From: Antedon mediterranea
Lineage: Eukaryota > Animalia > Echinodermata
Length of the DNA: 64,000 nucleotides
Assembly (NCBI RefSeq): GCF_964355755.1
Contig: NC_092672.1
Span: 35,904,437-35,968,436, forward strand
Direction: 5' to 3'
Below the pieces are notes generated by a model that worked only from the letters and a program-made list of their open reading frames with translations, was not told where the DNA came from and did no database searches. Numbering within the stretch: the first letter of the stretch is position 1; each line of letters opens with the position of its first letter. Positions 62,101 to 64,000 of the stretch are shown here, in pieces. A program made the translations under genes and the position numbers.

Positions 62101-64000
62101 ATGTTTTTTTTAATTAGGCAATTGTAGACACAAATATTCATTCATTCATTCATTCATTTATTCGTTTTATTTCACAATGCATCACACTTGATAAGTTGTT
62201 ACAGATTAATTAAAAGTATTAAATAAAAGATGCAAAGCCTGATAATGATTGTATCAAATAAAAACAAACAAGACTTAAATCTAAGTAAATAAGATCAGAC
62301 AAGTAGTAGTAATAATATAACAATATTAAAAAAAATAATAATACATTTTTAATTACACAATGTTAAGTACCTTTTCGTTATCTCAGTCTCAATCATGTTT
62401 CTTATATTTGTTATTATTAATGTAAATATCACACAATTGTTTGTTTCCACACAGATATTTGTGAGCACTGTGGCTTTTGGTACAAATGGACATTCACTCA
62501 ATGCTAGCTACAAATCCTCTGAGGTAGGTTAACCCAATGTAAAAAATTAATTAGTTTTTTCAAGTAAAAAGTCAAACTTCAAACATTACAATAACTTAAG
62601 TCATGAGGAAAAGGTAGCCCACTTTAGACTAAACACTTTAATTGTGAGGCCAAAGCAACATAATATGAAAAGAAAAATTAAAACAGAAAAAAAATTGAAA
62701 TTGTGACATTTGACTTAACACTCCTTTAACGTTATACAGCACAGTTAAAAATTACTGCAACGTTACCCATGGTCCAGCTTCATGTCTATGAGGTATTGTG
62801 TTTTGATCGTGATTCTAGAAGATGTATTGTTTTTGATTGCGATCAATTTTTAAATAACCAACGAAGTACCACGCACCCAACGCCACATAGATGCTACATA
62901 AGCTGCTACATAACCATTATAAGTTAAGATATATGTTTTGCTTAGAGAATGAAATTAATTAATTCATTTATCTTGTGACCATAAATTGCTTTATTTTTCA
63001 ATGTAATTATTATTTTGTTAATTGCTAGGGGCCAGAGGCCTAAAGTAAATAAAGTCAGGCGATAAGCCTGAATGAATTATTATATTTCTTAATGCTCATC
63101 ATTATAATTCTGTTGATGAAACCACTGTTTAGATTCGAACCCACAGCCTTGAATTTAATTCTAAACCTGAACCCTTTAGAATGTACCAGATACATCAAGA
63201 CATTTTTAATGAACAGACCAGATGTAATCTCATGGCTCCACATTGGTTCCTGCAGATAGCCAGGTTTAAATTGTCATTTGACATCTTCTGCAGCCCCTCC
63301 CAATCATTGGGCATCATTACTTGTTCCTGGGTTTAATTGTTTGGGTCATTAGTGGTTTTTGAGGTTGTCTTTAAGCTATCATGAGTTAATTGGCAATTGC
63401 AATTGCCTATTAATGTGTTTTAATTGATTGTAAAGGCCAATGATTGCTTTTCTGAATGTTTTATGTACTGTTGAATCTCTCAAAAGCTTAGGTCTACTTT
63501 TAACTACGGTACTTGTTAGATTTTAGCTAAGGCTGCCTTTATTAAAAGATCAAAATTGTAATTATATTTGTTATCATTTTACTAATTTGTCAGAAAAAAA
63601 TTAGTAGTGCACATTTGTTTTGTTTATATATTTAGGCAAATTGCCAAGGATAACCATAAGTGAATTCATTCACTATTCTTCTTAAAGGTGGCAATCCTGT
63701 TCACAAGACAAACGTATACACAAGATGCTCTACATAAACAAAGTCTTATACTAGTCTTTGGGAGTGGAGTTGTAATTTGACATTAGAAAAAAATCCTGAC
63801 ATGACAGGACTTGAAACCAGGACCCTTAGAATCATAACCACCACGCATAAATTAACAATCGGCAGTATCAATTTATGAAAGATATCTTTTGATAAAATGT
63901 AATATCTATTTTGATAGTCGTATAGTTTCCAAGACGAGGTAGGGAATCTACTGCTTCAGGTGAGTCGCATCATTCCGTACGGAGTACTCATGTTCTTCCC
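29154..64000 (+). CDS. BRIP1: Fanconi anaemia group J Fe-S DEAH helicase (BRIP1/FANCJ), truncated by the window end
   Basis: Exons: 29154-29246, 29623-29734, 30024-30047, 30245-30442, 31139-31215, 31497-31605, 32011-32119, 32513-32602, 33579-33681, 33955-34077, 34565-34660, 35101-35236, 56506-56552, 57347-57496, 57840-57985, 58459-58501, 58630-58657, 59130-59185, 60206-60343, 62455-62523, 63918->64000. Motifs: [19 protein letters not shown], Walker [20 protein letters not shown], four Fe-S Cys (HLCIHP, EGCKD, VSCMY, ACPYF), [34 protein letters not shown]. Confidence 0.96.
31689..31842. mobile_element. MITE-A copy
   Basis: Same TIRs; TAA on both sides. Confidence 0.9.
32130..32273. mobile_element. 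MITE-A copy
   Basis: Same TIRs and internal repeats. Confidence 0.88.
34930..35069. mobile_element. MITE-A copy (an internal fragment also lies at ~34680-34735)
   Basis: Same TIRs; TAA on both sides. Confidence 0.88.
37745..37865. repeat. 20-bp minisatellite (ATGAATAATAATGAGAGCTC)n, about 5-6 units
   Basis: Directly visible. Confidence 0.9.
40013..40351. mobile_element. Kolobok-like MITE, longest copy in the window
   Basis: TTAA-AGATGTATTGTCCCCC...GGGGGACAATATATCT-TTAA. Confidence 0.83.
43880..44151 (-). mobile_element. tRNA-derived SINE with a Deu/Nin-like core, copy B
   Basis: Minus strand: A-box GTGGCCAAGCGGTTAAG, B-box GGTTCGAGCC, then CTCGGATAAGGACTATAAACGGTAGGTCC...GCACTTTAAAGAACC...GAGTAGGGGGTTACCCCGGTGT, which resembles the Deu/Nin domain. 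Confidence 0.78.
44985..45470. repeat. 24-bp minisatellite (ATTTAAAACAAAATGATAAACAAT)n
   Basis: Directly visible; source of the spurious CFKY/KQND ORFs. Confidence 0.93.
45251..46264. repeat. Near-perfect 507-bp tandem duplication
   Basis: 45251-45757 is repeated at 45758-46264 (ORF-track offset 45429 to 45936 = 507), followed by a short partial repeat to ~46317. Confidence 0.93.
47030..47949. mobile_element. About 920-bp TIR element, copy 2, in the BRIP1 giant intron
   Basis: Collinear with and highly similar to 6612-7521; no clean TSD visible. Confidence 0.88.
49514..49814. mobile_element. Kolobok-like MITE
   Basis: TTAA-AGATGTATTGTCCCCT...GGGAGACAATACATCT; the right TTAA is not intact. 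Confidence 0.78.
49973..50076. mobile_element. TA-flanked TcMar/pogo-like MITE
   Basis: TA-CCGTACTGACGCGGGTATAAGCCC...GGGCTTATACCCGAGTCAGTACGG-TA. Confidence 0.85.
55516..55735. repeat. About 76-bp tandem repeat, 3 units
   Basis: AAGATTCTGTGTACATGTAGCTAGTGTGTAGCTAGTATTGAAAAACAAGG... repeated. Confidence 0.9.
56961..57098. mobile_element. MITE-A copy
   Basis: Slightly diverged TIRs AGCTCTGTGTACACTATCAAACT...GACCGAGCT. Confidence 0.85.
59809..59987. mobile_element. MITE-A copy with an expanded internal 21-bp repeat (4 units)
   Basis: Perfect TIRs; about four CATATCACTACCATATTTGGG units inside. Confidence 0.9.
60447..60605. mobile_element. PIF/Harbinger-type MITE-C (TTA TSD)
   Basis: TTA-AGGGTCTTTCAC...GTGAAAGACCCT-TTA with palindromic internals. 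A decayed relative (GATTGGAGCATAGCCGC) lies at ~42815-42960. Confidence 0.85.

Noticed and set aside
29154-64000. Alternative helicase calls RTEL1, DDX11 or XPD
   Set aside because: [31 protein letters not shown] and FQDEVG match FANCJ specifically.

Overview
AT-rich, intron-containing animal genomic DNA. It is probably from a marine invertebrate deuterostome; this is inferred from the proteins and repeat types and is not proven. Five protein-coding genes can be assembled by hand from GT-AG exons: the last two coding exons of KSR (+), a complete TIM10 (+), a complete 4-exon DUF4291-family gene (-), a complete NAA25 (+) and the 5' part of the BRIP1/FANCJ Fe-S helicase (+, running off the window end). 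BRIP1 has one anomalous 21.3-kb intron. Introns and spacers carry many non-autonomous transposons (PIF/Harbinger-type MITEs with TAA/TTA target duplications, TTAA-flanked Kolobok-like, P-like with 7-bp TSDs, TGT..ACA Ginger-like, TA-flanked TcMar-like), tRNA-derived SINEs, two LINE 3' fragments and several minisatellites. The most interesting observations are: (1) the giant BRIP1 intron as a candidate enhancer-bearing bystander intron, in a gene neighbourhood that maps to the vertebrate TBX2/4 and TBX3/5 regions; (2) an intronised animal DUF4291 gene; (3) a LINE fragment sitting inside an apparent P-element excision footprint; (4) TAGGCCTA/CTAG-rich patches in first introns; (5) a MITE family that sits close to splice sites. 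All family assignments come from manual reading and recalled homologues; no searches were run.
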